Origin: an uncultured Actinomycetes bacterium
GTDB lineage: Bacteria; Actinomycetota; Actinomycetes; Nanopelagicales; Nanopelagicaceae
Direction: 5' to 3'
NCBI GenBank assembly: GCA_903842855.1
Contig: CAIMNT010000096.1
Coordinates: forward strand, 1-37,355
DNA: 37,355 nucleotides
The notes beneath the pieces are model-generated. The model searched no databases. It saw nothing but the letters and a program-made list of their open reading frames with translations, and had not been told where the DNA came from. The position numbers and the translations under genes are program-made. Below are positions 10,904-19,089 of the stretch, piece by piece. Each line of letters starts with the position of its first letter. The first letter of the stretch is position 1.

Positions 10904-11009
10904 TGGGCAAAACTCTCACTTCGCTACCAGGTTCAAATCATCCGAAAGGATGAAAATTCATTGTGGATAACTAAGAGCGGATTTATCTGAGATTAGGTAT
11001 CCATCTCCC

Positions 11010-11600
11010 ATGGATGAATTGCAGAAATTTATACAACGAAATTTCCGTCGGATTTTAGCTGGCGGAGGCCTGGTGCTTTCACTCTTAGCAATATCGCTAT
11101 TGCTAAATACGACTCCTTCAACGTTCGTCTGGATGGCAACGAGCTCAATTCCTGGGGGTAGTCGGATCACTGCAAATAACGTAAAACTTGTGAAGGCAGA
11201 TCTCGCAGAAGACGCCACTCATTTTGAGAGCAAAGGCGATTTGTTGGTAGGTCATTTTGCTACCCGAATGCTGCAGCCCGGTGATTTGATTGCGGTGACT
11301 GATGTGACAAGTGAAAGTGCAAACTCGACCGCAACTTACCTGCCTATAGGTGTCGCCGTCGATGATCTCCCCGCTGATCTAGCGATTGGGGATTTAGTTG
11401 ATATCTATGTAATTCCAAAGGATCAGGGAGTTTTGCCAGCCGTTATCGCGCGTAGGGTCCCGATCCAGAATATCGACGTCAAATCTCGTGCTCTTGGTGG
11501 AAGTGTCGCCGTGAGTGTCACAGCGAGCCCCACAGTCACTTCAATAATTGTTACCGCAGAAGCGCAAGGAAGGCTGGTGTTAGCCCGTGACCCGTTCTGA
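11010..11600 (+). CDS. SAF-domain membrane protein, CpaB/RcpC-like Flp pilus assembly component
   Basis: N-terminal TM helix (GGGLVLSLLAISLLL) followed by a SAF-like beta-rich domain (GSRITANNVKLVKAD...MLQPGDLI). It overlaps the TadZ-like gene by 14 nt. Confidence 0.6.
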   Translation: MDELQKFIQRNFRRILAGGGLVLSLLAISLLLNTTPSTFVWMATSSIPGGSRITANNVKLVKADLAEDATHFESKGDLLVGHFATRMLQPGDLIAVTDVTSESANSTATYLPIGVAVDDLPADLAIGDLVDIYVIPKDQGVLPAVIARRVPIQNIDVKSRALGGSVAVSVTASPTVTSIIVTAEAQGRLVLARDPF

Positions 11601-12690
11601 GATTCCGCAACTTGAAGTAGTCACTGCGATTCCAGATGCAGATCGCGAGGATTTTTTGGCACAACTTCTATTCTCCCAAGGGTGGAACATTATCTTTAGG
11701 GCATTCGATGCCACCTCGCTGATGACATTCATGAATCAACGCGGTTTGCAAATGCGTACCGTCATCATCTACGAGAGTGAACTGCCCGGATTTTCGCCAG
11801 AACTAATTCAGGAACTTGACCACCCTACTATCACAACCATCTCTCTAGATTCGGTTGGATTTACCTCTCACGAAATGATGGTGGCAATCCGCGGAAAGCT
11901 TCGAGCTCCCATGTTGCAGGTTGTATCCCCGAGTGAAGAGTCTGTATCAACAGAAGCGCAGATCGCGGATTTTTCATCTTTTCCGCAAGTTCGGCAGTCA
12001 AGAGCTCTTCCTTTGACTTCAACAAAAAGATTTAATCGCACTTCACGAGTGCAGCCTCGAGATCGTAAAGTAATCGCAGTTACCGGAAGCACAGGCGCAC
12101 CTGGTCGAACAAGATTTGCTACAGCCCTTTCACGAGAGCTGGCGCTCAAGGGAGCAACGCTCTTAATAGATGCGGATATTAGGTCTCAAGGAGTGGCACC
12201 TTTGCGCGAAGAGTTAGAGAAGAGTGCGGTTGAAGTAATCCCTCTCGATCGAGAGAAGCGGCCAACTCATCTTCCCGAAGGCGATGAGACAGCGGTTGTA
12301 GACCTTGGTGTTTTACCTGGATTAGCGGAGGCAACTGCTGACCGACGCTGGCACGGGTCGCTGGTAAACAATGTCTTGGATAAGGCAACACATCTGATTT
12401 ATTTGAGCAAGTCAACCGCTTCGAGCATGGCTGAACTCTCTCAATTTATGCGCGAGTACCCGTTGTTACAAAAGCGCTTACCAATTGTTTTTGTCTGTAT
12501 CTTGACTGGACATTCAAGAGAGTTGCGGGAGTGGGAAGCCAAATTCCTGACTCTGACCACAGGGGAGAGCAGGTACATCTTGCGCGAAAGCCAATTGGCC
12601 CCTTCGCATGAAAGCAAGATATTTGGAGCATTTATGGGCAAAGATCCAAAGAGAAAAGAGATTGCTAAGATTGCCGCTTCACTGGCATAG
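11587..12690 (+). CDS. TadZ/CpaE-like (Ssd-like) ParA/MinD-superfamily protein with a receiver-like N-domain and a degenerate Walker A
   Basis: Architecture: a pseudo-receiver of about 110 aa, a linker, then a ParA-like domain. The P-loop position reads VIAVTGSTGAPGRT (12085..12111), with no GK[ST] lysine. It is paired with a SAF protein, as in actinobacterial tad loci (Rv3660c-type). Confidence 0.6.
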   Translation: MTRSEIPQLEVVTAIPDADREDFLAQLLFSQGWNIIFRAFDATSLMTFMNQRGLQMRTVIIYESELPGFSPELIQELDHPTITTISLDSVGFTSHEMMVAIRGKLRAPMLQVVSPSEESVSTEAQIADFSSFPQVRQSRALPLTSTKRFNRTSRVQPRDRKVIAVTGSTGAPGRTRFATALSRELALKGATLLIDADIRSQGVAPLREELEKSAVEVIPLDREKRPTHLPEGDETAVVDLGVLPGLAEATADRRWHGSLVNNVLDKATHLIYLSKSTASSMAELSQFMREYPLLQKRLPIVFVCILTGHSRELREWEAKFLTLTTGESRYILRESQLAPSHESKIFGAFMGKDPKRKEIAKIAASLA

Positions 12691-12719
12691 CCAGTAACTG
12701 CAACAGATAGGTGTGAACA

Positions 12720-14189
12720 TTGGCGATTAGCTCCCGAAGTGATCTCGCCTATTCGCATACCGCTTTAACGGTCAAAGACCGAGAGCGTTTGTCGGAGTTA
12801 GTCTCCGAATGGCAGTTGCTCTCAGATATCTCTTTTTCGGACCTCATCTTGTGGGTGCCACGCCGCAAGGATTATCAGAGCTGGCCCGAAGGTCATACTG
12901 CGATTGCGCATATCCGACCCACCACCGCGCCTACTGTGTTTGCTCAAGATGTAATCGGCCAGGAGCTGATCTGGGGTAAGAACGCACGCATCGACCAGAC
13001 GCTTTCGACTGGGTTAATTATCAGAGATGCCGAACCAGAAATGGTCGGTGATATCTTGATAAAAGAAGAGACCGTCCCAGTTCACTTTGATGGCCGAACG
13101 ATCGCGGTAATTTCTCGTCACCGCAATGCCGTGGCAATGCGTTCTGCATCACCCCTGGAGATCAATTATCGCGAGATCGCGCATAAGGTCTTTCGCATGA
13201 TCGCTGAAGGAACCTTCCCGATTCAAGACAGTATTTATCAGGCCGAATATGCCCCTCGCGTTGGAGATGGTCTAGTTCGCCTCGATGCACTCGGCGCTGC
13301 AACGTATGCCAGTCCAAATGCTCGTTCAGCCATTAGCCGACTAGGTTGGGATAACGAGATAGAAGGAACACAACTCGGCGCAATATTTGATTCTCTGCAG
13401 CGGCCGCAATCTATTCCGAGTGAAGAGAGCTGGAGCTCGATTCTGAGCGGCAAGACACTTCGCCGCGCTGACTTTGATAACGGCAATGGAATCGTAGATT
13501 TGTTAGTTATTCCGTTGATCGAAAGTGGAGATCGCATCGGATCTATCGTGCTGGTACACGATGTGACTGAGTTGCGTCGTCGCGATCGAGCGCTTGTATC
13601 TAAAGATGCAACTATCCGTGAAATTCATCACCGCGTTAAGAATAATTTACAGACCGTATCGGCGTTGTTGCGATTGCAGTCTCGACGCGTCGAAGATCCA
13701 ACCGCTAGTGCTGCTCTTGCAGAAGCGGTGCGACGCGTGGCATCGATTGCGATTGTGCATGAGACTCTTTCAACGAGTTCCGCTGAGTCCGTCCTCTTTG
13801 ATGAGGTTTACGATCGCATCGTTCACAATGCAATTGAATTGAGCCCAAGGCCAATTACTCCCGTAAAGATCGGCGACTTTGGAATCTTAGATTCGCAGGT
13901 TGCAACGCCTTTGGCACTTGTTGTCACTGAGTTGATTCACAATTCACTAGAACATGGGCTGGCAGATTCTGGTGACATTGTTCGGGTGGAGGTGACTCGA
14001 GCCGAGACCACCTACACAATCAAAGTGATCGATAATGGAAGCGGGTTGCCGGAGGATTTCGACTGGGAGAGATCATCCAACCTGGGACTTCAAATTGTGC
14101 GAACTCTGACTGAAAATGAACTTAAAGGCAGCATCTCGCTAAATCGAGTCAATGATGAGACCGTAGCGATGATTGTTTTTAAGGTCTAA
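12720..14189 (+). CDS. pdtaS: Soluble GAF/PAS sensor histidine kinase, PdtaS-like (HisKA_2/HWE type)
   Basis: The N-terminus LSELVSEWQLLSDISFSDLILWV matches the PdtaS-type start. The H-box is EIHHRVKNNLQTVSALLRLQ, followed by a C-terminal HATPase (DNGSGLP). It is convergent with whiB, as Rv3220c/Rv3219 are. The start codon (TTG 12720) is uncertain. Confidence 0.75.
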   Translation: MAISSRSDLAYSHTALTVKDRERLSELVSEWQLLSDISFSDLILWVPRRKDYQSWPEGHTAIAHIRPTTAPTVFAQDVIGQELIWGKNARIDQTLSTGLIIRDAEPEMVGDILIKEETVPVHFDGRTIAVISRHRNAVAMRSASPLEINYREIAHKVFRMIAEGTFPIQDSIYQAEYAPRVGDGLVRLDALGAATYASPNARSAISRLGWDNEIEGTQLGAIFDSLQRPQSIPSEESWSSILSGKTLRRADFDNGNGIVDLLVIPLIESGDRIGSIVLVHDVTELRRRDRALVSKDATIREIHHRVKNNLQTVSALLRLQSRRVEDPTASAALAEAVRRVASIAIVHETLSTSSAESVLFDEVYDRIVHNAIELSPRPITPVKIGDFGILDSQVATPLALVVTELIHNSLEHGLADSGDIVRVEVTRAETTYTIKVIDNGSGLPEDFDWERSSNLGLQIVRTLTENELKGSISLNRVNDETVAMIVFKV

Positions 14190-14246
14190 CCCATCCCAGC
14201 GCTGAAACCAAAAATCAGGATTTAGCGGAGGTCGATCCCTAAGGGA

Positions 14247-14516
14247 TTAGAATTGGTTCTGACTCTCCAGCATACGGGCGCGGTTACGAGCTGCGCGACG
14301 CTTCAAGGCACGGCGTTCATCCTCAGATAGCCCGCCCCAAACTCCAGCATCCTGACCGCTCTCTAGAGCCCAGGCAAGGCAAGCCTCTTTAACCGGGCAG
14401 CGCTGGCAGACCTTTTTTGCCTCTTCAATTTGGGCCAAGGCTGGACCAGTATTTCCAATCGGGAAGAAGAGTTCGGGATCCTCATCGCGGCAGGCCGCCT
14501 CGTGTCGCCAATCCAT
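14247..14516 (-). CDS. whiB: WhiB-family [4Fe-4S] transcription factor, WhiB1/WblE-type
   Basis: MDWRHEAACRDEDPELFFP...CQRCPVKEAC...GVWGGLSEDERRALKRR contains the four Cys residues and the GVWGG turn. The track ORF extends to 14558. I prefer ATG 14516 because AAGGAG lies 7 nt upstream and the family N-terminus is MDWRH. Confidence 0.9.
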   Translation of the reverse strand: MDWRHEAACRDEDPELFFPIGNTGPALAQIEEAKKVCQRCPVKEACLAWALESGQDAGVWGGLSEDERRALKRRAARNRARMLESQNQF

Positions 14517-14758
14517 CGTAATCTCCTTCAATTTAGGGAAGTTCTTCCAGCGGGCCAATGGGCGGATCTGGCCTTCCGGAGGTGCTAATTCAGACTAAAA
14601 CGGCTCATACCTCGCTAGTTCTACCGAAGCCGAGCGCAAATAGTGGTGAATACGGGGCTATTCTCTCGTAGGTCACCCGAGATAACAAGGATATAGAGTA
14701 AAAGATTCCTCACATTCGCTGAGAGTCTGCCTGTTAGAGCCTCTGGGAACCCATCTAG

Positions 14759-14830
14759 TGCCCCCGACAGGAGTCGAACCTGCGCACCCGCCTCCGGAGG
14801 GCGGTGCTCTATCCACTGAGCTACGAGGGC
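14759..14830 (-). tRNA. tRNA-Arg (anticodon CCG), no encoded CCA
   Basis: The reverse complement folds as: acceptor GCCCTCG/CGGGGGC (one G-U pair), D arm GCTC-AGTGGATA-GAGC, anticodon stem CCGCC/GGCGG with loop CTCCGGA, T arm GCAGG-TTCGACT-CCTGT, discriminator A. Confidence 0.85.
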
Positions 14831-14922
14831 TAATTTCAACAAGCCCCCCTAGGGTATCAGTGAAAGAATCTTGCCTTTAGAAGTGCAATATTTAGTAGTG
14901 ACATAGGGATGAGGTAGTTGAA

Positions 14923-15459
14923 ATGACTGGACTGATCGAGAAGGCATACTTTGCCACCGGATGTTTCTGGGGAGCCGAGCGCCGTTTCTGGAACCTTCCT
15001 GGAGTGATCTCCACCTCCGTCGGATATATGGGTGGCCATACCACCGCGCCTACCTACAAAGAGGTCTGCACTGGCAAAACCGGCCATGCTGAAATCGTTG
15101 AGGTCGTCTTCGATCCAAGTCAGATTTCATATCATCGCCTTCTTGAAGAATTTTGGACAATGCACGATCCAACATCTTTAAATCGCCAAGGTGGAGATAT
15201 CGGGACTCAATATCGCAGCGCTATTTACGCCAGTACTGAGCGCCAGTTAGAAGAGGCGCTAGCGACTCGTGAAATTTATAACGATGTTCTTCTACAGAAC
15301 GGACTTGATGAGATTTGTACAGAGATCAAGAGCGCTCATGGAATGGTGTACTGGCCAGCTGAGGAATATCACCAGCGCTACCTCGAGAAGAATCCAAATG
15401 GATATGACTGCCATTCTTCAACAGGCGTTCCTTATCCCGATCAATTAACTATCGGATAG
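14923..15459 (+). CDS. msrA: Peptide-methionine (S)-S-oxide reductase
   Basis: GCFWG active-site motif (YFATGCFWGAERRFW), then GHAEIVEVVFDP and YHQRYLEKNP. Confidence 0.95.
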   Translation: MTGLIEKAYFATGCFWGAERRFWNLPGVISTSVGYMGGHTTAPTYKEVCTGKTGHAEIVEVVFDPSQISYHRLLEEFWTMHDPTSLNRQGGDIGTQYRSAIYASTERQLEEALATREIYNDVLLQNGLDEICTEIKSAHGMVYWPAEEYHQRYLEKNPNGYDCHSSTGVPYPDQLTIG

Positions 15460-15499
15460 TTGATATTACTGAGTGCTTATCAATTTCTACTATTAGGCG

Positions 15500-16138
15500 C
15501 TACCAACTAGACGAATCCCCTTCAGTGGCACGCCAGCAGTACCAAGCAACAATGCTCTGACGCCCCGCAAATTTATCCCCAACTAAATCCAGCTCCTTTG
15601 GCGCAATCTCAGAATCAAGTCGATGAATTTTCTCCCAACCTCGGCGCATGGCTAAATCACCAACGGGCCATAAATCAAGGCGTCCAAGATGGAACATGAG
15701 AAACATCTCGACTGTCCAACGTCCTATTCCCCAGAGCGCAGTTAACTCCGCAGATATCTCCTCATTACTCAATTTTGAAAATTTCTTAAATTCAACTGCA
15801 CCAGAAAGTGTGGCTTGTGTGAGCTCATCGATGGCGCGAGCTTTTGCACCGCTAACTCCAGCGGTACGTAGATCAGCTGCAGAGAGGTTAACGAGCGCTT
15901 CAGGTTTCAATGAACCACCTGCTAAAGCACGCACCCGGTCGCGGATTGTGTCAGCTGCCTTCACTGCCAGTTGTTGCGAGATGATGGACGTGACCAGATT
16001 TTCATAATGTCCCTGACGCGGCCGCTTCTGATTTATTGTGCATAATGGGCTCGCTTTGATGACGGGAGCAAAGGCGGGATCTATTTTTGCGATTGCACGA
16101 ACGTGTTTACGCATCTCTTCAACGGTCGTTAGTGCCAC
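15500..16138 (-). CDS. HhH-GPD DNA glycosylase, DNA-3-methyladenine glycosylase II (AlkA-like)
   Basis: Helix-hairpin-helix segment LWGIGRWTVEMFLMF followed by WPVGDLAMRRG (catalytic Asp region). 212 aa. Confidence 0.75.
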   Translation of the reverse strand: MALTTVEEMRKHVRAIAKIDPAFAPVIKASPLCTINQKRPRQGHYENLVTSIISQQLAVKAADTIRDRVRALAGGSLKPEALVNLSAADLRTAGVSGAKARAIDELTQATLSGAVEFKKFSKLSNEEISAELTALWGIGRWTVEMFLMFHLGRLDLWPVGDLAMRRGWEKIHRLDSEIAPKELDLVGDKFAGRQSIVAWYCWRATEGDSSSW

Positions 16139-16167
16139 GGCAATAGCCTAGTGAGTAGGCTAACCTC

Positions 16168-17076
16168 GTGATCACAAATAGTACGAGTGCGCTCGCTTGG
16201 GCGCTGACACTTGGTGGTCTAGCCGTAGTACTTGTCGTTGATTTTTTCTTCGCCTATCGAAATAGAGCCAAACTCACCTCTCTGCGCAATGTGGGTCTGT
16301 GGACGCTCTTCTACATAGCCGCAGCGATCGCATTTGGTTTTTTTCTTGGAATTTGGTCTACCGGCCAAAGTCGAGGCGAATTCTTTGCTGGGTGGATCAC
16401 TGAATATTCGCTCTCGTTCGATAATCTTTTCGTACTTCTATTGATCATGGCCAAACTCAAGGTCGCGAAAGAGCGCGAAGAGATCATTCTCTTCTGGGGC
16501 ATCCTTTCATCCCTCTTACTTCGTGGAGTATTCATCGCGGGGGGAGCAGCCCTGGTAAATAGGTATGAGTGGATCTTCTTCTTCTTCGGGGGCTTCCTGA
16601 TCTACACCGCCTTGCAACTCTTTCGAGAGAGCGAATCTGAGGAGTGGGAAGAGGGCCGCGTTACTAAATTCCTTAAGCGCAAAGGCGCATCTGTCGGAGC
16701 CGTCGCCTTAGTTGCCATTGCACTCACCAATCTGCTCTTTGCCTTTGACTCCATTCCAGCAATTTTTGGATTGACTCGCAATCCCTACGTAATCGTTACC
16801 GCCACAATCTTTGCCTCAATGGGCCTACGTCAGCTTTATTTCTTGATTGGCGATCTCATGGGGAAGCTGATCTACCTCAGCGAAGGACTCTCAATCATTC
16901 TCGCCTTCATTGGCCTAAAACTTATCTTTGAGGCGGCCATTGCCGAAGGTCATACCAAGATTGCGGGGATTAAAGTTCCCGATGTTTCACTTGGGGTATC
17001 GCTCGGCTTTGTTATCGCCACATTGGCCTTGACCGCTCTTCTAAGCGCACTCAAGAGACCCAAAGAGCCGAAATAA
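16168..17076 (+). CDS. TerC-family integral membrane protein
   Basis: About 8 predicted TM segments. Two repeated motifs, EYSLSFDNLFV and FAFDSIPAIFG, are typical of TerC/Alx. Confidence 0.8.
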   Translation: MITNSTSALAWALTLGGLAVVLVVDFFFAYRNRAKLTSLRNVGLWTLFYIAAAIAFGFFLGIWSTGQSRGEFFAGWITEYSLSFDNLFVLLLIMAKLKVAKEREEIILFWGILSSLLLRGVFIAGGAALVNRYEWIFFFFGGFLIYTALQLFRESESEEWEEGRVTKFLKRKGASVGAVALVAIALTNLLFAFDSIPAIFGLTRNPYVIVTATIFASMGLRQLYFLIGDLMGKLIYLSEGLSIILAFIGLKLIFEAAIAEGHTKIAGIKVPDVSLGVSLGFVIATLALTALLSALKRPKEPK

Positions 17077-17161
17077 TTTCTCCCTGCGCACCATCCGGCT
17101 CCAACTTCTGATTTAACACTTCGACCCGCGCGCCTTTTCCCGCCTAGGTTAGGCTTCACCC

Positions 17162-18319
17162 ATGTCGACACCCGCGCAGTCATCAGATTCACCCTTTGAA
17201 CCCCACGACGGTTTGAGTTTAGAGAGTCGAGTCGTCGCGGCTGGGCGACCAACTCGTATAAGTGATGCGGGAGTAAATGTAGGCATCGATCTCAATTCCA
17301 CATTTCTTGCCCCGGGCTCTGCGGGCTATGGCAGATTCGGAAATAGCACCTGGAGCGCACTAGAGGATGCGATCGCATCCCTGGAGAATGGACCAACTCT
17401 GGTCCTATCTAGCGGAGTCGCCGCAATCACCGCGCTCTTCTCTATCTTGCCCCGCGGAGCAGTTATTACGGCATCGCGAAATGGATATTCAGGAACCATG
17501 GTCTTGTTGCGACAGGCTGAAGCATCAGGCGCCGCCGAAGTTCGTTATGTTGATGTATCAAACAGTGAGGAGGTGCTTGCAGCGCTTCCCGGCACAACCT
17601 TGCTTTGGTTAGAGTCCCCAACCAATCCCGCACTTGAAGTTGCCGATCTTCCAAAGCTCATTGCCGCCGCCAAAGTCCAAAATATTGGCGTAGGGGTCGA
17701 CAACACATTTGCTACTCCGCTTCTGCAACAACCGCTCGAGCTTGGCGCTGACGTCGTCATCCATTCGCTTTCAAAGTACATTGCTGGACATAGCGATGTG
17801 GTCTTAGGTTCGATCTCAACCAAAGATCCAGCCCTTTATCAGCGCCTTGCTGATGTGCGCAAGATAAATGGTTCCATTCCTGGACCCTTTGAGGTTTGGC
17901 TAGCCTTGCGCGGAATTCGCACTCTTGGAGTCCGGCTCGAAAGAGCCCAGAAGAACGCGCATGAGATCGCCATCCGCCTCTCCCTGCACCCAGCTGTTGA
18001 GCGCGTTCGCTACCCAGGTCTTCCCACCGATCCTCATCACGCCACTGCAAAGAGTTTTATGAAGGGCTTCGGTGCGGTGATCGCCTTTGATCACAGGGGT
18101 GGCGCGGAAGCTGCAGATAGAGCTTGCGCTGCCTCAAAGTTAGTGGCCCATGCCACTTCGCTGGGCGGCGTGGAATCTCTCTGGGAGCGTCGTCACCGTT
18201 GGAGTACCGAAAGCCCAACGATCCCCACGAATCTCATTCGCCTCTCTATCGGTATAGAAGATCTTGAGGATTTGTGGCGCGATATCGACTCCGCACTGCT
18301 GGCTTCGCTTAAGAGTTAA
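17162..18319 (+). CDS. PLP-dependent Cys/Met metabolism enzyme (cystathionine gamma-synthase/lyase family, MetB-like)
   Basis: PLP-lysine motif HSLSKYIAGHSD, DNTFATP, and C-terminal LIRLSIGIEDLEDL. 385 aa. Confidence 0.75.
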   Translation: MSTPAQSSDSPFEPHDGLSLESRVVAAGRPTRISDAGVNVGIDLNSTFLAPGSAGYGRFGNSTWSALEDAIASLENGPTLVLSSGVAAITALFSILPRGAVITASRNGYSGTMVLLRQAEASGAAEVRYVDVSNSEEVLAALPGTTLLWLESPTNPALEVADLPKLIAAAKVQNIGVGVDNTFATPLLQQPLELGADVVIHSLSKYIAGHSDVVLGSISTKDPALYQRLADVRKINGSIPGPFEVWLALRGIRTLGVRLERAQKNAHEIAIRLSLHPAVERVRYPGLPTDPHHATAKSFMKGFGAVIAFDHRGGAEAADRACAASKLVAHATSLGGVESLWERRHRWSTESPTIPTNLIRLSIGIEDLEDLWRDIDSALLASLKS

Positions 18320-18397
18320 CCGATTGTTCATACCTCACTCGGCACGCTCTAAGGTTCCTTCCAGCGAGTAACAAGGATGAAGGAGTAGATTTAGTTC

Positions 18398-18550
18398 ATG
18401 TTCAAGAAGATTCGTCGCGCAGTTGGATTGGTCACCGTTCTGGTGGTAATCCTTGGTGCCTTGAAGTCCGTCTTTGCATGGCTCGCCGATAGCGAACATG
18501 GAACGCACGAACTCTTTGCAGACGAAGAAGAATCTGAACGTCAGTTCTAA
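18398..18550 (+). CDS. Small (50 aa) single-pass membrane protein, not in the ORF track
   Basis: The ATG at 18398 is preceded by AAGGATGAAGGAG. The product is MFKKIRRAVGLVTVLVVILGALKSVFAWLADSEHGTHELFADEEESERQF*: a basic N-terminus, one TM helix and an acidic tail. It ends 14 nt before the next gene. Confidence 0.4.
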   Translation: MFKKIRRAVGLVTVLVVILGALKSVFAWLADSEHGTHELFADEEESERQF

Positions 18551-18564
18551 ACTGACTTTTACAT

Positions 18565-18984
18565 ATGAGTGATAATTTTTTAGGTGAAGGCGTGCCCGAT
18601 GAGGTCGAGTACATCCCAGGCGTCTGCAATATCGGAGTACGAGAGATTCGTCGTCGCCAACTTGTGGGTGGAATCGGTTTATTTTTAACTATCTCAACGG
18701 TCTTTGGTTTCTATCATCAGCACTCCTCGCAGCTAGCCAGACTTGGAACCTTTTTACCGGCGCTGGTGATGTCCATTGGGTATCTGCAAAGCCGAAAGAA
18801 ATTTTGTCTCGCCTTTGGACTCTCCGGTTTGTTTAATTTTGGAACTTTAGGAAATACCAAGCGCGTCATTTCAGAGGCAGATCGCAAAATTGATAGAGAT
18901 GCAGCGATCAAACTCTTCGTTCAAGCGACGTTGCTTGCTGCAGCGGTCACCGCCTTCGTATTTTTGCTTCCAAGTTCTAAGTAA
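18565..18984 (+). CDS. Membrane protein of unknown function with two conserved-looking Cys residues
   Basis: 139 aa with three hydrophobic segments. The Cys contexts are GVCNIGVREIRRR (before TM1) and KKFCLAFG (in TM2/3). No family could be assigned by eye. Confidence 0.55.
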   Translation: MSDNFLGEGVPDEVEYIPGVCNIGVREIRRRQLVGGIGLFLTISTVFGFYHQHSSQLARLGTFLPALVMSIGYLQSRKKFCLAFGLSGLFNFGTLGNTKRVISEADRKIDRDAAIKLFVQATLLAAAVTAFVFLLPSSK

Positions 18985-19089
18985 GCGTGAGGCATTTACT
19001 TAAGCATTGGTTTCCTTACCAACTGATTCTAGAAAAGAACCCTCGATAGAAAGATCTAGGATCGAACTCGATATAGATAAGATACCGCT

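Noticed and set aside
12720-14189. PdtaS-like kinase without an adjacent response regulator, as a possible novel orphan system.
   Set aside because: PdtaS is normally unlinked from its ANTAR partner PdtaR in actinobacteria, and the pdtaS/whiB convergent arrangement is conserved. This is an ordinary arrangement.
14517-14758. A CRP/GlxR-type operator (TGTGA-N6-TCACA) in the long whiB upstream region, as known for mycobacterial whiB1.
   Set aside because: Only isolated half-site-like strings occur (GTGA...TCAC 23 nt apart, and TCACA at about 14709-14714) with the wrong spacing. There is no convincing palindrome.
14759-14830. tRNA-Arg as an integration site (attB) for the downstream accessory region.
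   Set aside because: No integrase or recombinase gene was seen, and I could spot no direct repeat of the tRNA 3' end. The genes immediately next to it (msrA, alkA-like, terC, metB-like) are housekeeping. A repeat search with the tRNA 3' half would settle it.
16139-16167. A yybP-ykoY (Mn) riboswitch upstream of the TerC-family gene, and a SAM-type riboswitch upstream of the metB-like gene (17077-17161).
   Set aside because: The terC leader is only about 29 nt, which is too short. The 85-nt metB-like leader shows none of the conserved helices or motifs I would expect for SAM-I or SAM-IV. A covariance-model scan would be the definitive test.
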